NCBI GenBank assembly: GCA_040954595.2
Contig: CM082585.2
Location: 8,629,649 to 8,693,648 of the forward strand
Origin: Balanoglossus misakiensis
Lineage: Eukaryota; Animalia; Hemichordata
Direction of reading: 5' to 3'
Length of the DNA: 64,000 nt
Positions 13,393-28,494 of this stretch are shown piece by piece. The position numbers and the translations under genes are program-made. Numbering within the stretch: position 1 is the stretch's first letter; each line of letters starts with the position of its first letter. The notes under the pieces were generated by a model. That model had not been told where the DNA came from, did not search any database, and saw nothing but the letters and a program-made list of their open reading frames with translations.

Positions 13393-13891
13393 AACCCAGC
13401 CTGGAGGTGAACGGCAGATGAGGAGGTTGCCCGAACGAGATTCCGAGGTCCGAACGAAGCGCCGACGGTATCTGTACATCAGCCACCCCGCCCCGCCTGG
13501 ATACAGGAACACCGTCCGCGTGTTTGTAGTGATGTGAGCTGTAGAGGCGGCGATCCCCGTTGACATGACAGGATAGCTGATACCGCGAGACGCCGCGATT
13601 GAACTTTGCCAGGCCCCGTACTGTCCCACAATGGTACTGAATACCGCGCGCACCAAGCTGGAACTCTGGGCGGATGCAGACGACGGGATGGCACAAATTT
13701 AGTTAATTTGCAACGAAAATCGTCACTTATTTGTTAACTTGATGTCAGTAGGAGACCCATTCGAAGCGTCAAAGTCTCGCCGGCTCTACGTCTATCTAGT
13801 CGCGGCGTTTCACTGGCGGTGTATTCTCTCCACACACCGGTAATTTTAAAATCCTCCCCGACGACAGTTGACGCACGACAAACTTGCAACC

Positions 13892-16800
13892 ATGAGCGGC
13901 AGAGTTGGTGACTTAAGTGAATCTCAACAGAATAAACTAGACGAGGTGAGTTCAAATACTGTCATGTTGGTCCGGTACAGTTTGCCAACCAAAGAAAAAA
14001 AAATAACAGGTGGCATAATTTATTTTTTACCGTTACGACCTACCAGGAAGCTGTATTTCCTAGATATATTAAGTTTATTCTTAATTGGTGAAGAGTTAAT
14101 GAATATGCGCCCATTTGACGGCTGATCATGTCTTGTAGACGTGCTGGTATCTGGCGGCTTGGACGGAGGGTGTGATATTAATAAGTTACTAAGGTGTTTA
14201 GCCGTACAAGGCAGCAGAGCGATATTGCCGTTATGCGTGTCCCAGCTTCCGTGATAGACCCGTGGAGGTCAATCCAACAATCCATGAACGCACACGAAAT
14301 ATGCGCGCCAGGGGGAAAAATATAGAAAACTTGCCAGGCGTCACAGTAAAAATAAAACCGTGTATTTTTAGCGCCTGTTTGCATATTGAGGAAAAACAGA
14401 CGGCAACGCTCTTGCGTATGGAAAAATAAAATATCGAGTTATGTAGCCCCGCAAGTGTGAATAATAACAGTGGAATGCATAAATGAAATTAGGCCTGTCA
14501 TCATATGTAACAAACGTTTCACATTGTGAGCGGATAATTGTCGTTCATCACTATAATTGCTATTCAGCTGTCGTTCACAACAATAAAAAGGGGCAATTTT
14601 TGAGTCTGCGCACACGGTGCATTGACATGTTTGGGCAGTTATAGGATGATGAGTAGCCGGGATGTTAACGGTTCTTTGATTCGGGCGCTAAATAATGCGA
14701 GAAATAGTCAAGTAATTCAATATTATCAAGTCAATGGCAACCAGCTGAGACCGACGATTTCTGAATAAGGCATGCGCAGCATTTAAAAGGAGATCTAAAC
14801 TTCACAGTACAGCTAGCTAGAGTATTTCGAAATGTCAAATTTCGCCACCGGGGAGAGCCTGTGTCTGGTCAAACTAAGACCACGGTTTCCATGTTACCGT
14901 AAACTGACAGACAAGGGAATGACGCAAGCCACAAGCATCGATTATCCACTTCAAAACGGGGGCTTATCTACCCACAATATGCGCCGGGCTTCTGAGCAAC
15001 GTGGCACCCCGGATCCGCTGAAGATCCCGATCTTTAAACGGGAAGACCTGGCGGCACGCGCATGCGTGAAGGTCGAGTAACGTTGTGGTATAGTTCACAC
15101 AGGACTGCGAAAAGATGAATCTTTGTCTATGAAGCTTGTACTCATGACTTCGGGAGGGGGGGGGGGGGGATTCTGTGTAGTCTCTATGGCAGAACGTATC
15201 TGGTACTGTTGTAAAAATTCGGAAGATTGGTAAGAGTAGAAATGGTCGGCCCATAGGCTACAGGTAGCTAAAATTATGCCTGTTCACAAAGAGATTATCT
15301 ATTTCTCGCTTAACGTCGCGCAATACACGCAGAAATCGTTGACTAAATCAACTGATGATGAAATGATTCGACAATGCAAAATACATCCACCTATACGTTG
15401 CTATGGGAACAGTCTATATTGACTGTAAATATTTGTCTGCGATAAGTGTGCTATTAATTCGAAACGAGAGGTATAATAATCATGTGTCAGTGGAGGTGAC
15501 GTGTTCAGTTCGCGTTTCTTCTTTTCTGACATTTTTTGCAGACTTGAAAAAAAACGGAAGTATGAAATAGGTCAGGTGGACAGCTGTGTCAATAATAGCC
15601 CCCTCCCCCCCCCCATGACCCGATGTCGCGACATTGCTTGTGATATACTGTCCCATCCAGTATCCGTGTGTTATGTGACGGTTTCTGCTGCTGTAGTGTA
15701 CATGTACGTATAACCCCCAAATGACAGAATATATGTGTACAGACACACAACAGACAACAAAAAATGCACCACAGGATTACAACGACGAAATGTGTGTCAC
15801 CTGAACCAAAGTGCCACGATGGCGAACTTGAATGTGACAGCCTGCGATCAGAAACACAGAAGTTCACAAATTGGGCTGGCGGTTCAAATAAATGCTAATT
15901 TTATTCCGCGAGCTTATGGTTCCGCAAATATTGTATGTCCTGCCGCGAACAGTGTTAAAGCTTTCTCATTAGGCTTCGCAGAAACACAGACCATTGTGCA
16001 GAATGGTAAAATTATTTGGTATACATTACAAGCCGTTTGTATACTAGAGATTATAAAAGCATATTTGATGTCAGCTAATTAGATACAGTTCATTAATTTT
16101 TTAACTTCGAGGATCGATTAGATTAACATGCGACGGGGGTTCAAGCGTTGTTAGGTACACAGAAAAATATTACAAGATAATTATTTAATTTGATACACAG
16201 ATCAACGGACAGACCCACTCACATGCAGTTCCTGGACAAACTAGATCTAAAACTGAATGTAAAAATATCAATATTACATTTAAAACAGAGTCCTTTAATA
16301 CCGGACATGAATCTGAGCATTGTGGGATTTCTCTGCAAATTAGTAAATTTAAATTCACGCAAGTCTTTTTTAAAGTGTAGATTTCTGATATGTATTAGGA
16401 GGATCGTAGAGCCATGGGAATATTTTGCATAAAAGGCACAGGTTAGTGAGATATCTACTACTGGATAATACAGGAATATGTAGGATCATGGGTGACTAGG
16501 TCTACCATAGAGTACGTTAAGTGACAAAGTATACTTCACAAACTTGGTTTAAACCGACTCGATCTTATCAGAGGCCCTGTTGGTGCGGTGACCATACAAC
16601 GGAGGAAAATAAAAACAGACAATTGCAGATATATATATACGTCACCAAGTGATTGATAATAGTGATAGATGAAAACTAGTGATTTGAAACTCTGGACAAA
16701 GTGAGGTAACTGCAAAGGTCTTTGATTGAGTAGACACGTTGAAAATGAATGGTATCACAGAGTAATCAGTGGTGGAAACGACCCTTTTAGTGGAAACGAA

Positions 16801-19800
16801 TAAATCTGCCTATATCAATATTAGGAGACAACTTCCAATTGTTACCCCAGAGAACAGATTTGTCAAAGTCCATCATGATGTTACAATCGGCGTAAGGGGA
16901 GGTGATGGTACGGTATAGTTCGGTATCGTCAGCGCTGACACTATAGTAAGAAATATCTAACCGTGAGATATCATTGATGTACGATCATAACTAAATGCAG
17001 TGGCCCAAGTAGTGAACTCTGTGAGAACCGCCGAAGTAGGAAGACTCTAATCTGACAAGTGACCGCAAGACACCGCCCTCTGTTGTCTAAGATGGAGATA
17101 AGAAACCAACCAACTGATACTAAATTGGATGACTTTGTACAACAGTAGCGTGTTCCAGACATTATCAAACGCCTTGCTAAAAGTCAATTTATATTGAGAC
17201 CACCTGTTGCTTAAAAAAGTGCAAGTTGACATCGATAAAACCAGTACGCACGCATGCGCTTGAAGCACCCTATCTTCTTATTAATAAATTTATTTCTAAC
17301 GATGTGTTAAAGCTTATGTAAATATAACCGATTTTAATGGGGTATTAAATCTGGAAGTTACCCGGGCCGAACCCTACTATCACTAAACCACGATGACTTT
17401 AATGTACTTATGACTAAATATAACAAAAAGTCTGTCTTAAACTCTGGTGACAACACAGGGTTGGCAAAATTTAACATAAGTCCTATATGCCGGATAATTA
17501 CAGACCAAAAGTGTCTAAATTTCAGTGAAAAGACAAATCAGAGAAAAAAAAGTTTGTTGACGCCTGTTAGAGGCACGCCTTTGCCAGGCGGTGACCTGAC
17601 CGACATGCAGTGACTGTGCGGGTCTGTTCCATAGACTTTGTATTACACATGGTTGCATATTAAACCGCGGATGCAGTACGGAGTACATCGCGTGCACGAC
17701 GGGGTCAGGGCGACATAAGTGTATCGTAACCGCATTGTACCTACGATTATCTTTGTCTCATCTTACTAGCGTTGTGTCAGTGGAAACTACGCCGATCTAT
17801 TGCATAAAATGAAAATACCTCAGTCTTGACACCATAGTGAACTTGTAAAGATTGATCACGGGCACATTGACCTTGCAATGCTATATTGACCAAGCAAAGT
17901 TCAAGGTTAATGTGTATGGTGCAGAGGCCAATTTTCTGCTCATGAACTCGGCCTACCTGTATATCAGTCGATTTTATTTGCGAAATGACCTCATTAATCA
18001 ATTTACTGTTTTATTAGAATATACACGGCATTCATGAAATATGACGAATCTCCTCACACACATACACACATGAAGGACTGTGCATTTATGTACCAAATTA
18101 CTATTTCTCCGCGATTATGAAGGCAGAGCGAAATAAAAATCACTGTACGCGGTTAGGATATGTTATATGCTAAATTGGCACCCCGTTATAAGTTAATGGT
18201 TACGTTCCTGGGTGTGTAAATGGTTGCGAGGTGTTTTAACGAGTAATATCTAACTATAGACTCGGACATGCCCGCGATGCCAGGCTGATGTAATTGTCAG
18301 TGGCGACAATTCTGCGAAAACACCCCGCTGGCATTGAGAAATTACCTGCAATCCGAGTTTAAACGAGACAGCATTGTCACGCTCGCGATAACGGGCTTCC
18401 TGGTTTATTGTCTATCAGGGTGTGCCGTTACGTTACATACAGGCGCCTCACAGGGAAAAATTATTATTATCACCGTCCGGCGTTACATAATCAGAGGTCG
18501 CATTCGCTTCTGTAGTATTGTGTATTCCGCTGCATTGTTCACCGTAGACTGTCCTACTTCTGTGTGAGAGTTCAAATAAGACGAAAATTTTATCTCTTTT
18601 CCAGCAAAGATGCCTTGGCTACCTGATTTACTTATTTTGTGTAGGAAAGACAAAAACTGCAGTGGCCCTGTCATGATTCAGATAAATTTCAATGCTGCTA
18701 TGCTAACAAGACGAGAAAAACGGAGGTTTACGTGTGGATTTCTTGGTGTCTCAGATGAGCAGATCAATGTACACATTTTGTGAATGACATTTGTTGAGAA
18801 GGCATTGTGCGGGGACGCCATCCCCGAGTTACACGGCGCCCGATATGCACCGTCACCTTTGGAACTGAGTATATTTGGCTTGCCGTCCGTGACGGCTCGG
18901 TTGCATCGCGGCCGCGCTGTCGATGACGCACCGTGATTGCTTCAAGGGTGCAGTTGTGTTAACCGCACTGTTTGCTCGACGATACACCATGTGTCAAGGG
19001 CGCGGCAGTTTTAAATAGTAATCTGAAAATGCAAAAAAAACTCTCAAGGAATCGATCTAACCAGAAAGCTATTAGGTTACGCAGCAGTCAATGTCAACCG
19101 CCACACCCATCCTCGGATCGAGTAGGTGGTCATGGAAACCAATATTTCGAAATCTGGCATATGTCTATATCCAGTGGCTATGCTAATTTTGTGGACAATC
19201 ATTTTTCATTCCTTGTCATCGAACCTATATTGTTCAATTTTGTAAAAGTCCCTCACAGATTAGAACCACGGGGCAACTGCCCCACCCTAGGACTCAATTC
19301 CATGGCATATTCCGTCTACACCTCCCGCTGTTCGAGTTGAGCCCCTTGGGATTACATTGACTGGTACCATGGTGAAATAAAATGCATAGTCATTCAATTG
19401 AAATTGGGGCAAATTTTAAATATCCGAGCCCTACCCACAGACGGAAATGAAAGACTACCCGATAGAGCTTTTATTTTAAAATAAAGAAATATTTAACAAG
19501 TCGACAATCCCTGCATATTTCATTAGTGTTTCACGTGTATTTCTTACTTAACAAGCTGGAAAACGTTAATGTTGACCAAACACGCCCGTTGCACTTTACA
19601 CCGGGTAAGCTCAAACAATGCTACAGCTGTTTACTGTTTTCTGTTGCCTTGGTAATAAAACCTGTTACTATTTGCGTAAATATTGCAGGTGTCAGCAAAT
19701 ATGACGTTTCGGTCAAAACAACCATTGGCTTATTTTATCGACCAATCAGTTATGTGCATTGTACAAAACAAATAAATTTCAGTTTCTATTTTAAGGCAAA

Positions 19801-22800
19801 CATCGCATTTGTAACATGCCTACAGTGAAACAAAAGACCTGTCTGTCTGTCTGCCACAGGAACTGGGTTACAGGGACCCCGCCTGAAGTACAAAGAAAAT
19901 TCCATAACGGTTTTGAAAGTCTAGAACGCAGGGCATTGTTCCCATGTCTCAGTGATGTAATATGTTTTCCAATGTAGTCCACAAGAAATCAAATCCTTTA
20001 CAATTCGAATACATGTATCTCACTGACGAAGTTCTATCAAAGACAGCAGAAAGAAACACTCCGTTTGTAACGGCATTGTGTTACATGGAGGATGTGTATC
20101 TGCAAGACGAAAAGTTTGTTGCCTCTTTGGATGGAAGTTTGAAAAAAGGACAATCCTGACGGCAGAGGACAATTATTAACAACTTTTCTGCAGAGACCAT
20201 TGTGTGACGACTGTCAATCAGTACTCTTGTTTCTCCACTTTGATCCAGCGACAACCAATGGATCAAACACGTGTACAATTCGTCGTTGCCTTGCGTTGCC
20301 ATGCACGAATAACTGGACTATTGAATCATATCCATTGTGTGAATCGATCACACGCACCCCTAAATATAGACTTAGATAAAACATTGTGAGTTTGTCCAAT
20401 TGGTTATCAACCTTTGATAGTCGGGTTTGAAGTCTCACTTTGAGGAAATCTACAGAGCCAATTAAGCTAACTTAGATCACAGATTAATACTTATTAGATC
20501 ACCAATATTCACATAATGAAGTTGAAGTCCTAAGCAAGCTGTGGCGCTTTTGGATTTGATAATATTCAAATTATGACGAAGAAATAACATTTTTCATTGC
20601 AATTCATTTCAGTTTGTGACTTAATAACATATAACGTAACCAAGACAGTTTTTTTGATTACGCTTTCTCCTAGTTCTGTCACTAAAACGGCTTTTTTATC
20701 AGATAATCAACCCTTTACTAAAGAAATCATCTTTCTTTTTTTAGTTCAGGAAGAAATGCGCAGACGTACTGAAAGAACAGCATGATGATTACTACTGCCT
20801 TCGTTGGCTTCGGGGTAAGAAATACACACACATAATAACTGTTTAAAGGGATACAATCACTCCCAATTTACACACGCCCATATATGGTTAAAAGGGCGTG
20901 TCTATGTCTTCTAATGACCATGTGACGGACACGGTTTTCGCTTGGCAACTAAAAATAAAATCTGTTATTTGATTCATTTCCAATGGCAACAGTACCTACA
21001 TTTGCATTTATACATAACTGGATATCTTTTTTTCGGACACCATATAATTTTACCAAACAAGGAGGAATAGCTCCTTTTCATAATTCCGTACAATAGTATT
21101 CACTTTTTTTCTCTTCACAGCAAGAAGCTTCGACGTAGCAAAAGCAGAGACCATGTTTAGAGCAGTAAGTATTAATCAGGATTCCCAAAACAACATTATA
21201 TTAATCACTCTTTATAATCATTAGTAATCGTTTATGCAAATAACACTAAAGTCACATTTATGTGGATATTATTTTAATGAAAAAAAATCTTCTTCGCCGG
21301 ATTAATTAAACTGTGTTATGTAAATTGTTCAGTGCCAGTATTGGCTGGGTTCCAGTATTTGTCGGTACTATTCAATTTTCTAGAACTAATGCAACAGAAA
21401 AAATATAATTATAGGTAGTTGCTATCAATTAATTAATTATCCTATCAATTAATTATCCCTATGTTATTATCCTGTATCGTTTTACTACCTTCACAGCATT
21501 TGGATGTGAGGGAAAGATGGAGTTTGGATACGGTCATGGAGGACTTCGAAGATCCCGAGGTACGTCATTACATATTGGGTTAAGTGTTATTTACATATTG
21601 GTTTAGTATAACATATTGGGTTGATTATTACATTATTCATTATTTATTTATTTATTTATTTATTTTATTTTTATTTATGAAATGAATTTCTTTCTTGTAG
21701 GTGTTGGTGAAATACTTTCCTGGTGGCATCGTTGGAACAGATAGAGAAGGATCCCCAGTCTTTGTAGACCCTATGGGGAATGTTGATGCTAAAGGTCAGT
21801 ATGTTCCAGACATCCCTTTGAATGTTTTCGGGAGTTTGAACAAACGGACATGTATTATTCATGAGTTGTACCATACTAAAACAGCAGTTTACTATACAGA
21901 AGACTATGATACTGCACTGCACTATAATCAGATTTTCAACCCAATGTCTGTCTCTGGACGATATTTTTCAGGACTGCTGCGCAGCGCTAAAGGCAGAGAC
22001 ATTTTGAAATCGAGAATGAAGTTCATGGAAAAATTTTACAATGAAGTACTTCCGAAGGAGTCTGAAAAGGTATGTCTAAGAAATGGTGAACGAAACTAAT
22101 GAAAGGACTAACTCCTTCACGGTACATGTGCCAAACCAGAAACACTGGATACAAAAAAATGTACACAGTCAATGCCATAAGGCAGAGTGCTGTCCTAACA
22201 ACAGACAAGATGGCGGCGACCATAGTCTGTGTCGGAGATCAGGAACAGACAGCAAATTGGGTGAAAAGACGGGACAAAACTAAAGTCTACTTTTACAGTG
22301 CGCATGAAATATGGAAGGAACGAATGCTTATCATACGCCTGCAATGACCTGTTCTTTTCATCGTGTTGCATCTCTGCAGGCCGGTCGACGAATCGAAGGG
22401 ATGGTGTACGTTGCCGACCTGGAGAAGTTGGGAACGCGCCATCTGTGGAAACCCGCGGTGGATCTTATCATTCAGGTAAGCATTTGCCCAGGTCAACCAA
22501 TCAAAAGCAAACTAAAATTATTTTTGTTGACATGGCAAGTCCTATCATCCCATGTAGTTGACAACACTTTCAACATGGCGGATGTGCACGACAAAAAAAA
22601 CACCGATCCACCATTTTTAGATATATATGAAATTTTTCCAACCTCTCACAAAGGGGCGGTTGACAAAATGAAATTCAACAGCATTTGACCCCCTAGTCTG
22701 ATGAAAAGCTATGCTGGTACTCTCAACTCGATGAAGTTTGCTTAATGTACAAGTTCCTTAATTTTCTCCCTGTTCCTCAGTATTGCAAACTTGCAGAGGC

Positions 22801-24487
22801 AAATTATCCGGAGACCATGAAGACTATATACATCGTGAGATGCCCCAAGATTTTCCCAGTGTGCTTCAAGATACTTAAACCATTCCTGGATCCAGAGACA
22901 CGAAATAAGATCAAAGTTTTAGGGCGTAAGCATATTCTACATAATCATTCGTAACACAACAAATCCCTATATAAGATCACGTGAGAAAATCGTGCTGGCC
23001 ACAATCGACTATACCGGAAACGACCGACACAACGACTAAAATCATCATGGACGCACATTAATTTTTGGCGGGAGTTTCCAGGAGATACCAACACTGTACC
23101 GTAGTAATGTTCTACCAACGACAAAAAGACTTGCAAACCTACTTGCCTAATTTACGTTAAAATACCATTGATTTCATTATGTTTTATGTAGACAACTTCA
23201 AAGATGAAATACTGAAAGATATTCCACCAGAGAGCTTGCCTGAACACTGGGGTGGGACGATGAAGGACCCGGATGGTAACCCAATGTGCCCTAGCAAGGT
23301 ATGTGTCGCATACTTACACGCGTTTATTGGGCTTGCATATTCAGTGCAAAGCAAAGAATAGCAACAATTCTTATTACTGGTACCACACACAACATAGTCA
23401 ATAAACGTTAGGTTAAAGGTCATAATTGAAGTGATAAACACTGGCATTGGCAAGATGTGATGTTTTTAGAGTAACAATTAACATGCCATCCTATATAGAA
23501 AATCAACTGATCAACCCAAGTGGGGTTTTATGAATCACCGTGACCTTGATCCAAATATGCATGGTAGACTACAGTGGTCATACTACAACAGAATCAGTTG
23601 GCAGTATGGTTCGATAACCAATTACTTCGAAGTATGAATGGCTCGAAAATTTGCCATACATAAACGCCCTCTTTGGTTGTTAACATTCCCTTTTGTTTTC
23701 AGGTGTGTCTCGGTGGAGAAGTGCCAAAATCCTATTACTCACAAGATATCATTGTCCCGGACGAATCGAACCTCGTTACAACTTCTGTGAAGTTTGGCTC
23801 CAAGTTAGATCTCGATTTTAATGTACCTTTGCCGGGCAGTATATTAAGGTATGTCACCCCAAAAAACAACACGGAGAGGACTGGGGTGGGTGTGGTGTGT
23901 ATAGGTACTGACCGCGGTCAGACTGACGTCACAATGGGGATCGACAACCAATCAAAGTCTAGTTAACACGTCCTTGTGATAATTCCTATCAAGCTAACTC
24001 TCAACGTCGCACTGTTTGTTGCCCTCACAGGTGGATATTTAAAAGCAACGACAGCCTGCAGTTTGCCGTTTTCTACAAAAACCACGGGAAGGACAAAGAA
24101 GACCACCTCATCCCCCTCGATAAACACAACTCTCACCTTGTGTTCGAGGATGGCAGCGTGACGTGCGAACATGCTGGAAATTGTAAGTATTGAATATCGC
24201 TCGCGTGACGTTGCGTATCTTCGCGACGGCAAAATGGCGGCGACTTGGTCATTTGTTGGTATGGGTATGGAAGGGACAAGAATGTCTTTTATTTGGGGAA
24301 ACCTTTGATGCTATTTGCACAGAGTGTCTTATTTTGATTATATATGTGTCTCCTTACCTTTCATCATGTAGATATTGTCCGGTTCGATAACAGTCACCAC
24401 AAACTCAGCAGCACCAGCTTAAGTTACATCATTGAGATCTTGGAACCTGACAGTCAGAACGGAAACAAAAACGGAAATGGATCTTAA
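13892..24487 (+). CDS. SEC14L2: SEC14-like protein 2/3/4 family (CRAL-TRIO + GOLD lipid-binding protein), 12 exons, 394 aa
   Basis: Exons: 13892-13945, 20745-20814, 21121-21164, 21497-21559, 21701-21794, 21972-22069, 22380-22475, 22781-22925, 23192-23298, 23703-23848, 24031-24182, 24372-24487. All GT-AG with consistent phases (1185 nt). Motifs: MSGRVGDLS, DDYYCLRWLRARSFD, HLWKP, EANYPETMK, LPEHWGGTMKDPDGNP, GGEVPKSYY, EDGSVTC, VRFDNS. The symbol indicates the family, not proven one-to-one orthology. Confidence 0.95.
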
Positions 24488-27400
24488 TATTCAAGGCAAC
24501 AACTGGTTTGCATCTCCAATGAGGAAGTATCTCGGAAGCTCTGGACCAGATGATTTTTTGGAAACCAACCAATCATCTGACTGAAATGAATTAGCAAACT
24601 TAGAGTGTGTACAGCCTGAACTTTCGGAGAGTGTTTTAATATGCAAATTATTTGACTGCAATATTGAACTTTGTGATGCAGAACACTTCGTGCATTAATC
24701 GTATCATTTTCACATTTTCAGAGATAAAGCATAGGTCTCTGTGTTGACCCAATGCAAAGAATGTCCGATTTACGATATGCTGCTCGCTCGACATGCGTGT
24801 GCGCTTTGAAACACAGAGCGTTGTATTTGTTCGACAGTCACCAAATCACGTTGATTTGACGAGATTGTAAATAATTTATTGCAAAATACTTTGGGTGAGG
24901 TTATAGAAGTCACACAAACATTTTCTTTACCAATCTGAGGGAAATGTTCGCATTTTTTTTGAAATCTTCGACTGAACTATCAGATACCCCTTTTCTGAAT
25001 TGTTTACTAGACCACGTGACGATGCGTTAACTTTTTAAGAGCAGTATTTTCTTGACTTTTTTGGACGTGCACGTGATTGTGGGCGACGTCACTCGATAGC
25101 TTCCAATTATAAAGTGGTATTTCAATGAGCATCTTAAAAATAGCACAGATAACGTCCCGGTGAAAGGCATACTGCAACCATAGACAGTTGAGGAGGAGCC
25201 AATTGTCACAATTACGCACACTACAAGTGACTGAAATTTTTCTTAGTTCCTTTTCCTTGTAACTGTATCTTTACCTATGGACGAATTCCAACCGAGTGCC
25301 TTACAAATTTTCAGGTTTTGAAATGCAAAAATTCCACCGTCTTGCTAGCTAATATCCACAATACAAATTAAACTTGATATTTACATTTCATACGTGATTT
25401 ATGCATCAAAGCGACGGGTACATGTTTTTAACAAATTTTGATTGATTATAGCGTCTTTAGGGATAAATAAATAAATGTAAGTCATGGCGTCTTATGACAT
25501 CTCCTCGCTGCTTTCGCTCACGTGACATGTTCCTGTGCAGATGAGAGAGAAAATGGACCTAAAAGTCTTTCTTTTTATCACAAATCAGTGAAAAGACGAC
25601 GTGTTTGTTTCGGTGCCAACTCACTGGTAAAACTTATGAAAGAGAGTCAAACTCCTAAAAGCAGCTTTTATGAGGAAGTAAACTGGTGCAATGTTTTGAG
25701 TGTTAAAATTGTGATTTCATAAGTTGCTTGAATAAAAACTTAAAAATAAAGCGGGTTAACGATCTGTCTGTCTGTCTGTTTACCAGTGAAATGTGTTTAT
25801 AAAAGCTTGTTCAGTGCAACGCACACTTCAATTTTGCTTAAATTAAACCTTTCCATTTGCCCTTTTAAACACGCCACAATGGAGAAATGTGAGGCTTTCT
25901 GGAGTTTTCACTGGCAAGGTGACTTTACCTTTAGAATTAACTCGATGGGATCATGTGATACGGCTATTTGAAATGTGAGAAGACCCCGGTGGATGAATAT
26001 TCTCCACGTCTTTTCAGACGTCCATCGGCAGATTTCACAGGCGAGGTGTTTTAATAATTCAAAGTGCTGCGTGGGTCGTTGCCACAGTACGCAAAATACT
26101 TCGAAATTTCGCCGAAATCCCCTTTTTCTTACAAAACACCAATAGCGATTTCTGTTTACAAAATATTACATATATCGTCCCAAAGGCAAATGGAGCAATC
26201 AAGGGACGCGTTGTCATCTTACTCCACGCGTGGAAACACTAACAACTCTTCGTGGGCAGCAAGCCGCAGGGCATGATGGGGCCTGAAAGCTGCAGCTCTG
26301 CGACGCCTTGCTTTTTCAATCTATACCAGCGTTCATGAATGCAGTCCGAGTCATTACACAGTCTATAATTACCTGTTTACTTGTGGCTCATATTCTAAGA
26401 CTGTCTATACTCTAACGACATGGCGCTCATAGCATCTAGTACTTATTTCAAACACAGATTTGACATCTCTCTTGTCGATAACATCGGTGTCAGGGTTCGT
26501 GTCGCTTCTTTTGGGTCTGATATTAACATGAAATATGTACTTCCTAGAGATGGCCGAATTTTCCCCCACAGGCTTGAGCGAGTAGCCCGATTTGTGACGA
26601 CAATCTATTCAGTGTCTTGACGATCAATAGAATGCTACACATTATGGCGGGAATGGTATCGAGACCAATATTTATTTGAGCCCTAAACACCTTAAGGCGT
26701 TGGCAAGACGCCATTTCGCTACACAGACTACCAATATTTGCTCATTTGCTGGCTCCCATGGAAAATCTAAAATGGTTCAGTCACTTATTAAACTTTTCAA
26801 TACACGCTGTGCTGCTGATGTATAGCGGTTAGCTAGTGCTAAAAACACGAGTTGTGTCAGCTTAAAAGACGTGGGCTAATAAAAGAAACGCATGTATGAT
26901 TTCTGAACTGGGCTTCGCGATTGCCTCGTTGTGTCTGTGTACGTCAGACTAGCGATGACAAGTCAGGACTGTGGATCTCATAGAATTGAGTAGAATGATG
27001 CCCGTTGGCAATGGTCCTTAGATCGATACAACCAATGCTGTACTTAATCGTGTCAGACTGAATCTCACAACAATACCCAATAACATTCTGTGATGTGGTT
27101 TTTAATGAATGCTTTTGATGCCGAATGGTATTTACAGCTCGATATAGTTTGGCAAATGACGTAGATATATGTAGAGCGGGTCAGCTAATCTAGAACTTGT
27201 GCAGTTTGTGAAACTAATGAAGTTTCAATTTGGAAAATCTCAGCTTCAGAATAAGGCACCGGTGTTTACCCCGGGGGTACCTGGGCAAGACAAATACAAT
27301 TTCGTTTAACCATCTATACGAGTATATCAGTTGTATACAAAATGCTCCCACGCCCATACACTTATCTACCCACAATACTGGCATTACATCGAAGAAACCT

Positions 27401-28494
27401 TATGGGTCCCTCGCCTCCCACCGTACAAATCAGACATTCTGTGCTGCTTTTATCCAGAAAATGGGGGAGATTTTCGTTTCCCTCTGTGTAAAATCTTTGA
27501 TATTCCAATTTTGTATCACGTGTTGCCACAGAAACAAGCTGCATCCTGAAATTGATGTTGCTGCATGCTGACGTTGAAACCAGTGTCCCGCAAAACGGAA
27601 ACGTCACAGCGTTTTCCCGTGGACGGGAGATGAGAACGGCTTCGCTATCTTACTCAACATGGGACCTTCCTTCGATGTTTTGCATGTAATCCCATTTTAA
27701 AATAGCCATACTAATAATAATAGTGTTTATCTGTAATCTAACGTTTGATGTGACATGTCATTAAGCGACGAACCAATCACCGGTGAGCAAGCAAGTTAAA
27801 AAGTACTGTGTCCTCGTTGGCCGATCCTAGTCAAACTGTGGGAGAGTAGAAAGTCTGAAAACAGACGATCATTGAATCGGAGCCATTTCACATCAAAAAA
27901 GGTACGTCGAGAATTATTTGAGCAGTTTTTAAAAGTTAAAAAAAGAATGTTCGAGAGCGTCCGTCCGCAGCGTTAGTATTTGAATTTGTGATATATTTTT
28001 TGTCGTTTTGTTTAATTTTCCTTATTGTTCATTGAAGTTTACATGGCGATTTTGGCCAATTTCGTAGCGTAGGGAAGGCAAAACAACAAAATATTCGTTT
28101 TCCCCTGAAAGCTCCTGTTTCGAATGAGAAATTAACTTCTATACCCTAAATCGATATCAACTGGCGATGTCGAATTCTTTTCAATATCATCTTACCAAAT
28201 TAAATTTAGCTTTAAAAAAACATATTTTCTGGTTTCAAGAAAGTAACCAAGCTAAAGTTAAGCTCGGACGTACACGCAGGTTTTTGAAATGGTGTATGGT
28301 TTGTGGAGATCGTGCGAATTTTGGCTCCTAAAATATGCATGCAACAAACTGCGACAGATTAAGCACTTGGGCTATCCTCAGACAACTGTTTCGTTAACAG
28401 TGCCTTCCTTTCTATCCTCTCTGAGATTGATACAAATTACTCTTTGTTTTTTTCTCTATACTAATAAGGACGGCAACTTTTGATATCTACTAAG

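Noticed and set aside
13946-20744. Nested gene or alternative first exons in the 6.8-kb SEC14-like intron 1
   Set aside because: Only short ORFs without motifs or consistent splice phases were found.
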